Source: Escherichia coli 042 (lineage in GTDB: Bacteria > Pseudomonadota > Gammaproteobacteria > Enterobacterales > Enterobacteriaceae). Taken from it: DNA of 64,000 nucleotides. The translations under genes were made by a program, and so were the position numbers. Shown here piece by piece: positions 1-11,406 of the stretch. Position 1 is the stretch's first letter. Every line of letters begins with the position of its first letter. The notes beneath the pieces were generated by a model, which ran no database searches, was not told the origin of the DNA, and saw nothing but the letters and a program-made list of their open reading frames with translations. The DNA is taken from assembly GCF_000027125.1 (NCBI RefSeq), contig NC_017626.1. The stretch is one strand, 5' to 3'.

Positions 1-788
1 TGTGCATTTGACTCCACCGCACCGGTCAGCGGCCAGCAGCCCAGCGTACGGAAACGCACCATCCGTTTTTTAATCACTTCTCCCGGTTGCAGGTCGATAC
101 GGTTGTCATCAATCATCATCAACATACCGTCGCGTTCCAGAACCGGTCGTTCCGCAGCGAGATACAGTGGAACAATGTCAATATTTTCCAGCCAGATGTA
201 TTGCCAGATATCCTGCTCGGTCCAGTTAGAGAGCGGGAAGACGCGGATGCTTTCGCCTTTGTTAATTTGCCCGTTGTAGTTGTGCCACAGCTCCGGGCGC
301 TGATTTTTCGGATCCCAGCGATGGAAGCGGTCACGGAAAGAGTAGATTCGCTCTTTAGCGCGGGATTTCTCTTCGTCGCGGCGCGCACCACCGAAGGCGG
401 CATCAAAACCGTATTTGTTCAGCGCCTGTTTCAGGCCTTCAGTTTTCATAATATCGGTATGTTTCGCGCTGCCATGAACGAATGGATTAATCCCCATCGC
501 TACGCCTTCCGGGTTTTTATGCACCAGCAGCTCGCAGCCGTAGGCTTTAGCCGTACGATCGCGGAACTCATACATCTCGCGGAATTTCCAGCCGGTATCG
601 ACATGCAGCAACGGGAAAGGCAGCGTACCTGGATAAAACGCCTTGCGCGCCAGATGCAGCATGACGCTGGAATCTTTACCGATAGAGTAGAGCATCACCG
701 GATTTGAGAATTCTGCCGCCACCTCGCGAATAATGTGGATGCTTTCCGCCTCCAGTTGCCGCAGGTGAGTAAGTCGTTTTTGATCCAT
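1..788 (-). CDS. cysD: sulfate adenylyltransferase subunit 2, partial (3' end cut by window start; start codon at about 786-788)
   Basis: Reverse-complement translation from about 788 reads [41 protein letters not shown]..., the CysD N-terminus with PAPS-reductase-like fold. Not in the ORF track because it is truncated; the 87..707 + track ORF is its antisense shadow. Confidence 0.85.
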   Translation of the reverse strand, partial: MDQKRLTHLRQLEAESIHIIREVAAEFSNPVMLYSIGKDSSVMLHLARKAFYPGTLPFPLLHVDTGWKFREMYEFRDRTAKAYGCELLVHKNPEGVAMGINPFVHGSAKHTDIMKTEGLKQALNKYGFDAAFGGARRDEEKSRAKERIYSFRDRFHRWDPKNQRPELWHNYNGQINKGESIRVFPLSNWTEQDIWQYIWLENIDIVPLYLAAERPVLERDGMLMMIDDNRIDLQPGEVIKKRMVRFRTLGCWPLTGAVESNA

Positions 789-1039
789 AACCGTTCCTTT
801 GCAATACCGCTATTTTCTTGCCATCAGATGTTTCGACTATAGGGAGCGCAGGAGAACGAATGAAATTACCAATTAGAATGAGTAGTTCCTTAACGGAATA
901 ACGATTTGGCAAAGCTAATATCAAAAAGTGCTTAAGGCACCGGATTTCGGGCGTTTAGGAAGATTTGAAATTGTTTTAGCGCATCGGCAGTTTCATACTA
1001 TGGCGGTAAAAAAATTTGCATGGTATTTAAGGACTCACT

Positions 1040-2077
1040 ATGTTTTCCGCATTGCGCCACCGTACCGCTGCCCTGGCGCTCGGCGTATGCTTTATTCTCC
1101 CCGTACACGCCTCGTCATCTAAACCTGGCGATTTTGCTAATACTCAGGCACGACATATTGCTACTTTCTTTCCGGGACGCATGACCGGAACTCCAGCAGA
1201 AATGTTATCTGCCGATTATATTCGCCAACAGTTTCAGCAAATGGGTTATCGCAGTGATATTCGGACATTTAATAGTCGGTATATTTATACCGCCCGCGAT
1301 AATCGCAAGAGCTGGCATAACGTGACGGGAAGTACGGTGATTGCCGCTCATGAAGGCAAAGCGCCGCAGCAGATCATCATTATGGCGCATCTGGATACTT
1401 ACGCCCCGCTGAGCGATGCTGACGCCGATGCCAATCTCGGCGGGCTGACGTTACAAGGAATGGATGATAACGCCGCAGGTTTAGGTGTCATGCTGGAATT
1501 GGCAGAACGCCTGAAAAATACGCCTACCGAGTATGGTATTCGATTTGTGGCGACCAGTGGTGAAGAGGAAGGGAAATTAGGTGCTGAGAATTTACTCAAG
1601 CGGATGAGTGACACCGAAAAGAAAAATACGCTGCTGGTGATTAATCTCGATAACTTAATTGTTGGCGATAAATTGTATTTCAACAGCGGCGTAAAAACCC
1701 CTGAAGCAGTAAGGAAATTAACGCGCGACAGGGCGCTGGCAATTGCGCGTAGTCATGGAATTGCCGCAACGACCAATCCGGGTTTGAATAAAAATTATCC
1801 GAAGGGTACTGGCTGTTGTAATGACGCCGAAGTTTTCGACAAAGCCGGTATTGCCGTACTTTCGGTAGAAGCAACAAATTGGAATCTTGGGAATAAGGAT
1901 GGTTATCAGCAACGCGCAAAAACAGCTGCATTCCCTGCGGGAAATAGCTGGCATGACGTAAGACTGGATAATCAACAACATATTGATAAGGCACTTCCAG
2001 GAAGAATAGAACGTCGCTGCCGTGATGTTATGCGGATAATGCTACCGCTGGTGAAGGAGCTGGCGAAGGCGTCTTGA
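1040..2077 (+). CDS. iap: alkaline phosphatase isozyme conversion aminopeptidase
   Basis: 345-aa ORF with signal-peptide-like N-terminus (MFSALRHRTAALALGVCFILPVHASS) and M28-type aminopeptidase motifs (HLDT, SGEEEG); position between cysD and the CRISPR array. Confidence 0.85.
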   Translation: MFSALRHRTAALALGVCFILPVHASSSKPGDFANTQARHIATFFPGRMTGTPAEMLSADYIRQQFQQMGYRSDIRTFNSRYIYTARDNRKSWHNVTGSTVIAAHEGKAPQQIIIMAHLDTYAPLSDADADANLGGLTLQGMDDNAAGLGVMLELAERLKNTPTEYGIRFVATSGEEEGKLGAENLLKRMSDTEKKNTLLVINLDNLIVGDKLYFNSGVKTPEAVRKLTRDRALAIARSHGIAATTNPGLNKNYPKGTGCCNDAEVFDKAGIAVLSVEATNWNLGNKDGYQQRAKTAAFPAGNSWHDVRLDNQQHIDKALPGRIERRCRDVMRIMLPLVKELAKAS

Positions 2078-2097
2078 TGGGTTTGAAAATGAGAGCT

Positions 2098-2553
2098 GGG
2101 AGTTCTACCGCAGGGGCGGGGAACTCCAAGTGATGTCCATCATCGCATCCAGTGCGTCCGGTTTATCCCCGCTGACGCGGGGAACACACATGAATGTCGG
2201 TTCAGACCGTGTTTTTACCCGGTTTATCCCCGCTGGCGCGGGGAACACTCGTCGGCGTCTTCACCCGTCGCATAACGCTGCGGTTTATCCCCGCTGGCGC
2301 GGGGAACACTGCCAGCGTGTCGGCGTGCGTTTCGCGCTGCCCGGTTTATCCCCGCTGACGCGGGGAACACTCGATCGATAGCTGCGCGATACCTGCGGGG
2401 ATCGGTTTATCCCCGCTGACGCGGGGAACACGGCAGCTATCGAGGCAGTTATCGAGCGTCGCGCGGTTTATCCCCGCTGACGCGGGGAACACCAAAGGAC
2501 ACCGGGAGGCACCCGGCACCGCAGCGGTTTATCCCCGCTGACGCGGGGAACAC
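2098..2553 (-). CRISPR. CRISPR array (CRISPR2.1-type, cas-adjacent): 7 canonical 29-bp repeats plus one degenerate leader-distal repeat, 7 spacers of 32 bp
   Basis: Repeat CGGTTTATCCCCGCTG(A/G)CGCGGGGAACAC at about 2159, 2220, 2281, 2342, 2403, 2464, 2525 with exact 61-bp period; degenerate copy at about 2098-2126. Transcription inferred on the minus strand from the leader at 2554-2649. Confidence 0.95.
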
Positions 2554-2649
2554 ACTAAGCATACATAACTGTTTTTAAAAAAATTTATTCCGCATCAACA
2601 ATCTACCAACTAAATTAAAACATTTCCTTATTTTTAAAGAACAGATAAC
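2554..2649 (-). promoter_or_regulatory. CRISPR leader (AT-rich) between array and cas2
   Basis: AT-rich about 95 bp abutting the last perfect repeat; shares the motif CAATCTACCAAC with the second leader at about 28409-28500. Confidence 0.7.
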
Positions 2650-3859
<1,210 letters not shown>

Positions 3860-3863
<4 letters not shown>

Positions 3864-4510
3864 GCCTCTGCTCCGGGTTTGATCAGCATCAGACCACAGC
3901 CGAACGCGCGGCTTTTGCCATACCCCTGGCTCAGACGTTGCAGAAATAACCCAGGATCGGTGACCGTAAGCATCCCCGTATAATCCACGCTACAGAACTG
4001 GATCAGTTGCCGGGAGTTTTCCCGCCGCAGTTGCTGTTGTCGGTAGGCATCGACCGAGGTATCCAGTAGTGTAAAACCGCTTCTTTCCCCCTGCGCTGCC
4101 AGCCAGTCCAGCGCCGCCTGTTGTTGATGCAACCAGACATCACGCCCTTCCGCCTGCCCCCTCACCTGCCGTTTCGCCTCTATCAGCAGATCGTGGCGCT
4201 TACCCGCTTTACAGACTGTTGGATTCGCCCGCAGGTTGAAACAAAGGGATTGTCCGGTACGCAGCTCCGGCGCAAATGACCGGCATTCGATGGTGAACGT
4301 ATCACTTTCCGCCGGGCGTTCCTGCGACAGGACAAAAAAGCGAAACGCGCCCTGGAGTTCTTCCCGACGATAAAGAAATTGCCTTTCTTTGCCACCCGGG
4401 AAAAGATCCCACAGCCACTGATGCATCACATATTCACCGCGATCCACCAGATGCAGCAACTGCGCAGGCGAAAGCTGGCCGGTATGTAAGGTTATTCTTG
4501 AGAGGTACAT
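3860..4510 (-). CDS. casE: Cas6e / CasE (Cse3) crRNA endoribonuclease
   Basis: Track ORF 3860..4648; I place the start at the internal Met (MYLSRITLH..., about 4510), which is preceded by AGGAGG. C-terminal glycine-rich segment GCGLMLIK typical of Cas6e. Confidence 0.85.
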
Positions 4511-5238
4511 GGTTCCTCCTTGCTGAGCCACGGCCCCTGATTGACGGTGCGTTCCCCAAACAGCCACTGCTGGCGATTTAAAGGAACATCCCGGCGGCGC
4601 AATATTTTGCTCGCGACCAGGCCGTCGTGCTCCCCTTCCCACCAGCATTCATCCTGAAGTTTCGGGAGTGAGACTTTCAGTTCGTGGAAACGATCCTGAT
4701 ACTGTTGGTATGCGTTACGTAAGACATCAGACGCGTTGCCTTCGAGCAGTAACGGCGCAAGTGGTAACGCCAGCGGATGACTTTTTCGCCCCAGATAAAG
4801 CGGAAAAACCGGATGACGTAAATCTTCCTGCAACTGTTCGAGGCTGTAAGGCGCATCGGGGGTTGTTGCCACCGCCACCATCCACCAGGCGTCGGTGTAA
4901 TAGTCGCGCCGGGAGATAATCGCGCTTAGCAGTTCAAGATTACTCAACTCTTCGCGACGGCTGAAATAACGCGCTTTACGCACCTCTTTTGGCATCTGGA
5001 CCGTGTGATAATCCCGTGCCCAGCGCGGGTTACGGCTGGCGCAAACCACCAGTGAATAGTGGCGATTAAACGCGTTTAAGCGTTCGGTATCATCACGCCG
5101 AATCCCTACCCCGGCAGCCAGCAGCCCCAGCAATGCTGAGCGCGAAGGCAGTTCATGGGTATGACGCACTTCACCGGGGGCATCGACGCCCCAGGATGCC
5201 ATCGGCCCATGAAGCTGAAAAATTAGATATTGGCTCAT
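4492..5238 (-). CDS. casD: Cas5e / CasD
   Basis: 248 aa, MSQYLIFQLHGPMASWGVD...RSALLGLLAAGVGIRRDD matches the Cas5e N-terminal motif; operon position. Confidence 0.9.
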   Translation of the reverse strand: MSQYLIFQLHGPMASWGVDAPGEVRHTHELPSRSALLGLLAAGVGIRRDDTERLNAFNRHYSLVVCASRNPRWARDYHTVQMPKEVRKARYFSRREELSNLELLSAIISRRDYYTDAWWMVAVATTPDAPYSLEQLQEDLRHPVFPLYLGRKSHPLALPLAPLLLEGNASDVLRNAYQQYQDRFHELKVSLPKLQDECWWEGEHDGLVASKILRRRDVPLNRQQWLFGERTVNQGPWLSKEEPCTSQE

Positions 5239-5248
5239 AAGCCGCCCC

Positions 5249-6304
5249 TTACGCGCAGATAAAGTCCAGCACGTCCTTCATGCTTCCCTGTTTGTTCATC
5301 ACGTCAAAACTTGTGTAATCGGTCTTCTGTTCGTAAACCTTATTCATGTTTTCGCGAAGCGTCGTAATACGCTGCACCGCTTCATCTAACTGCCCGGTGC
5401 CGTTAATGGGTTCATAAAAAGCCGCCGCCAGAGAGCGCGGTTGTTCGATACCTTTTTCTGCCATCGCCCAGGAGGCGTAGGCACGACTGGCAAAGCTGTT
5501 TTGTTTACCGGTTGGGGAAACTTTAAACGCGGCTTCCGTAAAGGCGCGCAGGGTCTGATTAGCCAACGCTTCGTCTCCGCCGAGGTTTTCTACCAACAGA
5601 TCTTTATCAATGCAGATATAGGTGTAGAAAAGTGCTGAACCGAATCCGGTTTCACCAAGATGCCCGGCACCGGCATCTTCAGAAGCCTGGCGCAAATCAT
5701 CAACGGCGGTGAAAAAATCATCTTCGACAATCGTTTCACTGACACCAAACGCATGCGCAACCTGGCAGGCGGCTTCAACATTAAACTCGGGTTTATTCGC
5801 CAGCATACGACCAAACATAGCGATATCTACCGCCATGCGATCTTTACGTAACAAAGCGAGATCTTCCTCTTTTGGCGCGCGCTTTTCTTCGGCCAGTTGA
5901 TGGGCCAGCGCTTTTACGGCGTCAAATTCTGCCGGGCTGATATGGACTAGCTGTTCAGTTTCGGCGTTAGTGAGCGGATCTTTTGGTTTTTTGTCGTTTT
6001 TAGCTTTCCCAAGATAATCCGCAATTTTTGCCGCCCATTCGATGGCTTTTTTCTCTTCGATGCCTTTCTCAATCAGGATAGTTGCCGCCTCACGCGCAAT
6101 ACGCCCACTGCGAATACCAATATGGCCCGCCAGTGCCTGTTCAAAATGTGCAGAAGTGCGCCACGCACGTTTCAGACTTTGTGAGGAAACGCGCAGACGC
6201 GTTGCTCCACCCAGTACCACAGTTTTTGGCGCACCGGTGTCATCACGGTTAAGGTTGGCAGCAGGGTAAGCGGTTAACAAATGAAGCTGAATAAATGTCG
6301 TCAT
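5249..6304 (-). CDS. casC: Cas7e / CasC (Cascade backbone)
   Basis: 351 aa, MTTFIQLHLLTAYPAANLNRDDTG...SSQSLKRAWR is the Cas7e signature; operon position. Confidence 0.92.
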   Translation of the reverse strand: MTTFIQLHLLTAYPAANLNRDDTGAPKTVVLGGATRLRVSSQSLKRAWRTSAHFEQALAGHIGIRSGRIAREAATILIEKGIEEKKAIEWAAKIADYLGKAKNDKKPKDPLTNAETEQLVHISPAEFDAVKALAHQLAEEKRAPKEEDLALLRKDRMAVDIAMFGRMLANKPEFNVEAACQVAHAFGVSETIVEDDFFTAVDDLRQASEDAGAGHLGETGFGSALFYTYICIDKDLLVENLGGDEALANQTLRAFTEAAFKVSPTGKQNSFASRAYASWAMAEKGIEQPRSLAAAFYEPINGTGQLDEAVQRITTLRENMNKVYEQKTDYTSFDVMNKQGSMKDVLDFICA

Positions 6305-6318
6305 GAGATAGTCCTTTA

Positions 6319-6855
6319 TTAATTTTGTTCGTTATCGGCGTCGCCAGCCTGGTAATATTCCAGCGCCCAGCGGATACGGATAAATTCTGTTGGCCGCTGC
6401 TGGCGGCGGTGATGATTGAGCAGATCGTCGCTCTCCTGGCACCAGCGGAAAATATCGTCTGCCAAAGAGATAAGATTGACGGAACCATTTAATAATTTGA
6501 CCGCGCGACGTAACTGGCGCAGTAATTCATCCGGCGTTTTGACTGCCGACAGGCGAGTAAAACGCCCCTCAGACATTACCGCCGCCAACTGCGCGGCAAA
6601 AAGCTGCCGTTCATCAATGGCTTTTACATTGGCGGCAACGGCGGCAACCAGCGCCAGTGCGGTAAAACGCCACTCCTGTGATTCAATTTTCCACAACGTG
6701 TGGGTCTGCATCAGCAGAGAACGAAACCCTTCTGACAGACAAACATCATTAACCGTTGTGCTACGCCGCAGACTGGCACGATTGCCTCGTTTTTCCTGCA
6801 ACTCTTCGTGCCATTTACGCAGCGTGGCTTTGTGCTCCTCTTTTACAATACTCAT
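6319..6855 (-). CDS. casB: Cse2 / CasB (Cascade small subunit)
   Basis: 178-aa ORF between casA and casC with ATGA-type overlap to casA; assignment mainly by operon position and size, sequence divergent from my memory of K-12 CasB. Confidence 0.75.
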   Translation of the reverse strand: MSIVKEEHKATLRKWHEELQEKRGNRASLRRSTTVNDVCLSEGFRSLLMQTHTLWKIESQEWRFTALALVAAVAANVKAIDERQLFAAQLAAVMSEGRFTRLSAVKTPDELLRQLRRAVKLLNGSVNLISLADDIFRWCQESDDLLNHHRRQQRPTEFIRIRWALEYYQAGDADNEQN

Positions 6856-8414
6856 TCAGCAGCCTCCTGCTTTTTCTCCCTGGCGGCTTTAGCACTTTGC
6901 TTCTCCGCCGATGTTGTAAAATATTTCTTGCGCGCGGTCATGACGCGTTTCAAATCAACGGGCTCATAAGGATTAGTGAATACACGCTCGTCAAAATCCT
7001 GACGCGCGAATAACCAAATTTCCTTTTGCCATTTGCCGAGTAATTCATCCGCATCCTGACCTTCTTCAATTTGGCGCACTAACCTCAGGAAGCGATGCTG
7101 AGTTTTGTTCCAGAAGTCGATATCCACAAAACTAAAATCACCCCGAGCACCTTTTGGATCGGAGAACCAGGCTTCTTTCAATGCACTCCGTAACAGACTT
7201 AGAATCCGTGAAGCCGTTTGCGCAACCAGCCGCAGCTTCGGTATCTGGCCTTCTTTTTTATTGAGCAGCAGCGGGAAATGGTGTTCGTACCAACAACGGG
7301 CTTTCATGTTGTCAAAATCATAACCAAATCCCCACAGGCCCACTTTTGTCTGCTTCAGACTGCTGGCATTAAAGAGTTTCACCACCAGCGCGGGAAGTTC
7401 CGTATTGTTTTCTGACTTACCCGTTTCGATAAGACCTAACCAGTCGCGCCAGATTAAACCGCCCGGTTGTGGTTTAACGGAGTAAAACTCACCGCCCTCT
7501 TTAAGTGGTACACGGTAAGGCGTTAAGGGATGCTGCCACATGGCATAATTCGCACCATAATTTTTGGTCGTCATCAGGCTCAGGAGCGAGTCATTCTGCT
7601 CGCCGCAAATATCGCAGTTGCCGACTGTCGTGGTATTAAAATCAATACGAATACGCCGCGGCATTCCCCAGTACGCCTGGAGTTTATTGACCTGATCATG
7701 GGTTACCACCGCACCGGCCAGTTCGCTGGTACGCGTCGGGCCAAGCCAGGGGAAAATCAGATCGTCAAATTTTTTGGGTAGCGGTAAGTCGGCTTCATCC
7801 TGCGGCATCACATTGAGCCACAGTTTGCGCCACAAGGGTGTTTGTTGATTGCCCTGATATTCCTGTAATTCAATCAGAGTGGTCATCGGCCCACCGCCGC
7901 GTAAACCGGTGCGATAGCCTTTGCCGCCTGACGGCGCATTTAACTGTAGGGAGAACAGAGCTAACGCAGAACAATGTGGGCACAGGTATTCCGTTACACC
8001 ACGCTTGATAAAGTGGTCTTTATTAAACTTCGTTGTTTGAGCGCCGGGAATCTCAGGCAGTAGCGAAGCGACCGGAATTTTATCTCCGGTGAGCGCCTCG
8101 AAATCCTGCATAAATGAAGGGGAATCTGGGCCAAACTGGAAAGCATGTTCTAAAGATAGCAATGCTTCCCGTAGCTTTTCAGCTTCCAGTCCGTCTTCCC
8201 AGATATCATCCCAACGACGATGATCTTTTGGCGCGAAGCTGGTTTGTAGTAGCCCCAGCAAAAACTGCCACGCCGCTCCCTGGAGATCTGCCCGCGGCGC
8301 AGCGATATCGACAACATTTTCATCCGCCAGATCGACTGGCGCCAGTTTGCCTGTTGTTCCGTCTTTAAAACGAACGGGCAACCACGGGGTTGTCAGAAGT
8401 GAAAACGAGTTCAT
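6852..8414 (-). CDS. casA: Cse1 / CasA (Cascade large subunit)
   Basis: Track ORF 6852..8483; I favour the start at MNSFSLLTTPWLPVRF (about 8414) with GAGAGG 6 nt upstream; the 8420 and 8483 starts remain possible. Size about 520 aa fits the Cse1 family. Confidence 0.8.
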   Translation of the reverse strand: MNSFSLLTTPWLPVRFKDGTTGKLAPVDLADENVVDIAAPRADLQGAAWQFLLGLLQTSFAPKDHRRWDDIWEDGLEAEKLREALLSLEHAFQFGPDSPSFMQDFEALTGDKIPVASLLPEIPGAQTTKFNKDHFIKRGVTEYLCPHCSALALFSLQLNAPSGGKGYRTGLRGGGPMTTLIELQEYQGNQQTPLWRKLWLNVMPQDEADLPLPKKFDDLIFPWLGPTRTSELAGAVVTHDQVNKLQAYWGMPRRIRIDFNTTTVGNCDICGEQNDSLLSLMTTKNYGANYAMWQHPLTPYRVPLKEGGEFYSVKPQPGGLIWRDWLGLIETGKSENNTELPALVVKLFNASSLKQTKVGLWGFGYDFDNMKARCWYEHHFPLLLNKKEGQIPKLRLVAQTASRILSLLRSALKEAWFSDPKGARGDFSFVDIDFWNKTQHRFLRLVRQIEEGQDADELLGKWQKEIWLFARQDFDERVFTNPYEPVDLKRVMTARKKYFTTSAEKQSAKAAREKKQEAAE

Positions 8415-8511
8415 ACGCATCCTCTCGTAAAAAAGACCATCCCAGGTCGGTTGTCCATCATTCCATCCTTTTGGGTGTATCAACTATTCAGAGAGCCCTG
8501 TCGCAGGCATC

Positions 8512-11169
8512 TCAACCAACCTTGCCAGTCAATCCTTCCATAGCCGAATACCCGCAACTTTCGTCATCGGTGACTAAAATCACGTTTGCCATCTCCGGAT
8601 CTTGCCGCTGTTCAATGCACCACTGCCTGAACGCATCCCCTTCCAGTAAAGAAAACTCATCCCGATGTTTTTTCCACCAGCTTCGACGCACTCTGACAAC
8701 GCTCATTTCCCATGCGTGAGCACCGGTGGCATAAGGCTTCACCACACCGTCAATACAGGTAGCCAGCCACAGGGAAACAGATTCCTCAGCCAGACGTGTC
8801 GACAGCTTTTCCGGAAGGTAATCGTTGATATTGGCGGCATAGCCAGGCTTGAAGTTCAGGACAAACTTTTTAGCCATTGCGCGATCGCAGTAATATTTGC
8901 CCACTTGCTCCTGCTCACTGCGGGCAAATCCTTCCGGCATTGCCACGTCTTCACCGTAGACTGATTCAATAAGAAGCCGGGCTGCGTGTGGCATCTGAAT
9001 AGCGCCTTGCTCACGCAGCACACGCTGCGTCAGCCAGATTCGCCCATGATCGGGGTAGACATATGCACTGTTACGCATGGCGCTGCCAAACCATTCGTCA
9101 CCCGGAGAGTCATCCCAGACGGGAGCCAGAATCAGCAATTCAGGAGGGGAACGCTCATCTTTTCCGTCACGCTTTAACTGACCATTAATATCGCGGATAT
9201 GCCGCTGTAATCGCCCCGCCCGCTGGATTAGCAAATCAATGTGGGCCAGGTCGGAGATCATTTCGTCCAGGTCACAATCGACGCTCTGCTCTAATACCTG
9301 AGTACAAATAAGGACTTTTCCGGCACGCTGTGAGTTACCTTCTTTACCAAAGCGTGCCAGCGTTTCCGTTTCAATTCGCTGGCGATCGCTAAAAGCAAAG
9401 CGGCTATGAAAAAGTGAAAGGCTGGAAGCGGGAATGACGCCGCGGGCAAGCAGCTGACGATGAACCTTAATAGCGTCATCGACAGAATTCCGGATCCAGG
9501 CGATGCATTTCCCCTGACTTACCGCCGATTCGATATGTGCAATACATTCTTGTTCGCTATGAAGCCAACCCACACACACGTTGCGCTCAACTTCTTTGCG
9601 CGTCGCTACCCGGTGCGAATGCAAATCGGATTTCGTGACATGCGTCAGCCATGGGTAATCATCCTTTTCAAGGAACGGAGCTTCTTGTTGGCCCTCTGCA
9701 CCACGCGCAAAGGCAGCGACGAGTTTGTCGCGCTGCTGTTGAGATAACGTAGCAGAAAGCAAAATGATACTGTTTCCGCCACGCGCCTGCCGCTCAATCA
9801 ATCCTTCAAGAATGCACGACATGTAAGCGTCACAGGCATGGATCTCATCAGCCAGCAGGATTTTTTTACTCAACCCCAGAAGCCGCAGATTATTATGTTT
9901 GAACGGCATCACCGCCATCATCGCCTGATCCAAGGTGCCGACGCCAATTTCAGCCAGCAACGCCTTCTTGTTACTGTCGGCAAACCAGGCCGCACATCCC
10001 TGGCTGAACGCTTGTTCATCCGGTTCTTCTGACCCGACTAAATCACCGGACCAGAGTGATTCATTGAAGCGGTCCATTAATGTATGGGCACTGTGTGCCA
10101 GCACCAGGCTGGGGCGGGATTCTGGCGAATAGAAAGCAAGCCAGGTTTTGACCAGCCGATCGTACATGGCATTGGCCGTTGCCATTGTTGGCAGGCCAAA
10201 AAACAAACCCTGAGCTTTCCCCGCAGCCATCAACCTGTGGACCATGATAAGCGCTGCTTCTGTTTTACCTGCGCCAGTCACATCCTCCAGAATAAATAAC
10301 TGTGGCCCAGGCTGGCTGATATCCAGATCCAGTACCTTTTGCTGTAACGGTGTCGGGTGCTCAATAAAAGGAAACAGTGTATTAATTCCGGTGAAAGGCG
10401 CGGTTTGTGCTTTTGGAGGAAAGACGGTTAAGGCGTTTTGAGCCTGAACTAAAGCCTTCTGCCAGTAATCTTTAATATCCATTGCCTGTGCAACGCGTGG
10501 AAAAAACCGCGTTGACGATCCCGTCCAGTCTGCGAGTACGACGGTTGCAGAGATATACCAGGAAAGTTGTTTTATAAGTTCAACGCCCTCGTCATCATCC
10601 CAGAATGTGGGGATCTCGATGAGCGGGAACAGTGTCTTGATTGCAAGGAGAAAATCTCGTGCGGCAGCTTTGTCTTCAGGCAGAAAATTATCCAGTTCAT
10701 CCATACGATCAGGAGGCTGACCATGATGCCCGGTAGTCATGGGCATCCACATCTCTATTACCCGTTTAAGTTTGCGGGGAGAGAGTGAAGATGAAGGAAG
10801 CAACTCTTCACATTCAATTAAATAATGATTCCACAACCAGTAGCCCAGCGTTGAATGAGAGATCTTTTCGTAATTTTTTCTTGCACTTTCCGGAACCTTG
10901 AGCTGTGGGTGCAGGTAAAGTTGCTGAAAAGAGCGGGCAAATTTTCCAGTATCGTGCCAACACAGCAACCAGGCGAAAAATTGTGCTGCCTGCTCCGTGT
11001 CAGCGATACCTAATTGACGAAAATAGTCAGCCAACCCGAAACAGTTGTTTTTGACCATTAAATAACCCGTCGCGGCTACATCCAGCGAATGCCAGCAAAG
11101 TAGATGATAGTCGTCGCCGCCCTCTTTCTCGCCACGTCGGGTTTTTCCCCAGAAATCAAAGAAAGTCAC
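8512..11169 (-). CDS. cas3: Cas3 helicase-nuclease (HD domain + DEAD/DEAH helicase), type I-E
   Basis: 885 aa; N-terminal HD motif (HSLDVA...H), helicase motif I (GAGKTEA), DExH-like LADEIH, motif VI QRAGRLQR. Confidence 0.93.
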   Translation of the reverse strand: MTFFDFWGKTRRGEKEGGDDYHLLCWHSLDVAATGYLMVKNNCFGLADYFRQLGIADTEQAAQFFAWLLCWHDTGKFARSFQQLYLHPQLKVPESARKNYEKISHSTLGYWLWNHYLIECEELLPSSSLSPRKLKRVIEMWMPMTTGHHGQPPDRMDELDNFLPEDKAAARDFLLAIKTLFPLIEIPTFWDDDEGVELIKQLSWYISATVVLADWTGSSTRFFPRVAQAMDIKDYWQKALVQAQNALTVFPPKAQTAPFTGINTLFPFIEHPTPLQQKVLDLDISQPGPQLFILEDVTGAGKTEAALIMVHRLMAAGKAQGLFFGLPTMATANAMYDRLVKTWLAFYSPESRPSLVLAHSAHTLMDRFNESLWSGDLVGSEEPDEQAFSQGCAAWFADSNKKALLAEIGVGTLDQAMMAVMPFKHNNLRLLGLSKKILLADEIHACDAYMSCILEGLIERQARGGNSIILLSATLSQQQRDKLVAAFARGAEGQQEAPFLEKDDYPWLTHVTKSDLHSHRVATRKEVERNVCVGWLHSEQECIAHIESAVSQGKCIAWIRNSVDDAIKVHRQLLARGVIPASSLSLFHSRFAFSDRQRIETETLARFGKEGNSQRAGKVLICTQVLEQSVDCDLDEMISDLAHIDLLIQRAGRLQRHIRDINGQLKRDGKDERSPPELLILAPVWDDSPGDEWFGSAMRNSAYVYPDHGRIWLTQRVLREQGAIQMPHAARLLIESVYGEDVAMPEGFARSEQEQVGKYYCDRAMAKKFVLNFKPGYAANINDYLPEKLSTRLAEESVSLWLATCIDGVVKPYATGAHAWEMSVVRVRRSWWKKHRDEFSLLEGDAFRQWCIEQRQDPEMANVILVTDDESCGYSAMEGLTGKVG

Positions 11170-11340
11170 AATGTTTTTATCCTTCAGTAAAACTTAAAGG
11201 ATATTTACGCATATATTAAAAATTATCTGTGATATATATCGTTCAATAAAACATTTACATTATGAATAATCAAATAGTTTTCATCCGTAATATATATGAA
11301 TAATAAACATAGGCATAATATTCACATAAACAATATAAAT
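11170..11340. promoter_or_regulatory. AT-rich cas3 upstream region (probable promoter / nucleoid-protein-bound region)
   Basis: About 170 bp of very AT-rich sequence immediately 5' of the cas3 start; H-NS silencing of E. coli cas promoters is established knowledge, its application here is inference. Confidence 0.5.
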
Positions 11341-11406
11341 TAAAAAAGGGTGCAGGAGACCAAACCATCACAATTCAGTACGCGGGGTTTTACCCCCGCG
11401 TGGTGG

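Noticed and set aside
87-707. 206-aa + strand ORF at the window start
   Set aside because: Antisense shadow of cysD, whose minus-strand translation gives the recognisable CysD N-terminus; no family resemblance in the + frame.
2130-2381. 83-aa ORF (MMSIIASSASGLSPLTRGTHM...)
   Set aside because: Lies entirely within the CRISPR array; its periodic sequence (LSPLTRGT repeated) is simply the translated repeat.
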